Shown: piece after piece, positions 62,618 through 64,000 of the stretch
Numbering within the stretch: the stretch's first letter is position 1
Layout of the letters: the number at the start of each line of letters is the position of its first letter
Assembly (NCBI RefSeq): GCF_024521635.1
Contig: NW_026250405.1
Location: forward strand, 434,001 to 498,000
Length of the DNA: 64,000 bases
Source of the DNA: Tricharina praecox
Taxonomy: Eukaryota
Reading direction: 5' to 3'
Translations under genes and position numbers: made by a program
Notes under the pieces: generated by a model
What the model saw: only the letters and a program-made list of their open reading frames with translations
Databases searched by the model: none
What the model was told of the DNA's origin: nothing

Positions 62618-64000
62618 GGGGAGAGTTTAATGTTGTCGATGTAGGTTCGAAAGGTTGTTGGTGGTAAGTTCGGACTCGGTGCGCAATTACTGCACGGGCG
62701 TTGACTGGATAAGGACGAGGTTATGCGGATCGTTCAAAAATTATATTTATGACGACGTTCGAGGTTTAGAATTGAGCGGCAAAAAGTGCCGTGCGCGTGT
62801 CGTAGTAGGTATGGTAGGTGTAAAGAAGATGCTCAATGGATGCGTTTAAGGCGAAGAGGAAGAGAAGAGAAGGAGAAGTAGGAGGAGGAAGAAGAGCAAG
62901 AGGAGGAGAAGGCGGAGGAAGAATTGGTTTCAAATCAACAGGATGGCGGGTTGGTTTTTGTTGTGGCAGTGGTGGTGGTGCGCAGTGGTATGATTTGAAT
63001 TGTCAGACGGAACTGACCCGTGCGAACGGAAAGCACCGGTAAAGTGGAGGGTGTAGAAATCCGACAGGGTATGGGGGCGGGCGGGCGGTTTTGAGGTGGT
63101 GGTAGTGGTGGGGGCAGTGGTGGGCTGGCTGTCTAGATCTCGGAACTGCGAGGTGAGGATGGACAGGAGGAGAGGGAGAGGGGAAGAGGAAGAGGAAGAG
63201 GGAGAGGGAGAGGGAGGAAGAGGGTGTGTGCGGACAAGTACTCAGATATATGATGGAAGGGCGAGGGAAGTTTTTCTCGGGGTGAAGAACATTGCATATA
63301 TCTGATGGCCACTTGCATTTAGAGCAGCCACATGCAAACCAAGTAAGCGCTTCCTTTCAATGATCGATGGCATGCTTGCCGACGACCGTCGCTAAAAGCT
63401 TGCTTGTCATGTTGCCGTAAGTGGTGGGGCGGAGGATATGGTGAGTATTGCAAATGGCGGACCGGAGATGGAGATGGCGGAGGTTGAGATAGTTAGCGGA
63501 GGTAGCGGCTATTAGTGCGGTGGTTGTGGTGATGATGCCGGACGGGTGCATGGCTTGCTTGCTTATTTTTTTTTTGGTTTTTTTTTCTTTCTGTGAGGGA
63601 GGGGCGGATGGATGATGTTGGAACGGTACGGTACGTGATTGGGGCTGAATAATAGCAACGAACAGGCAAAACATGGAACAGAATTGACTCGCGCCGTCGC
63701 CCTTCTGTCTGCAGAACCATTGCAGGCAGAGAATGTTCCATGAGCTATCACATAGTACCTACAGTACACGCTTGCTTGAGAGACTTACTGCCATGGTACC
63801 TAGCAAGTCGATAAAGTACCATGCGGAGACCATCACATCAAGTGCCGGAGTATCTACATATCTGGAGTAGAGGTACACAACCAAGTGCAAGTACCGGTAT
63901 CCTATGTACAGACATACGTCTTGTGACAAATGATGCCAGGTGGACGATGATCGGATGGACAGGACTAATCCCACAAACTTTTTCGTTTCCTCGTTTCGTT

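Overview
Eukaryotic genomic DNA from a filamentous ascomycete. Short GT-AG introns with CTRAC/CTRAT branch sites support this; a Pezizomycotina origin is my inference. The first 16 kb is gene-dense: GTR2/RagC, MIS12, a MAPR cytochrome-b5-like protein, RPS25, NNF1, a DCR2-type metallophosphoesterase, myosin regulatory light chain, a DUF5321-like protein and S-formylglutathione hydrolase. The remaining 48 kb is gene-poor and rich in micro- and minisatellites. It holds an APH-family phosphotransferase, an orphan 3-exon gene, WDR8/WRAP73, a compact Pib2-type FYVE protein and an OSGIN/OKL38-like oxidoreductase ending in a CaaX-like motif. Most notable: (1) a spliced 52-aa CxxCG...CxxCG zinc-ribbon microprotein (19467-19687, minus strand) that the ORF track misses; (2) two subunits of the MIND kinetochore complex, Mis12 and Nnf1, about 3 kb apart with MCB-type promoter motifs; (3) Gtr2 and a minimal Pib2, from the two amino-acid-sensing arms of TORC1, in one window, with a possible long spliced uORF-rich leader on GTR2. 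All exon boundaries were derived by hand and family calls come from motif recognition; no database searches were run.
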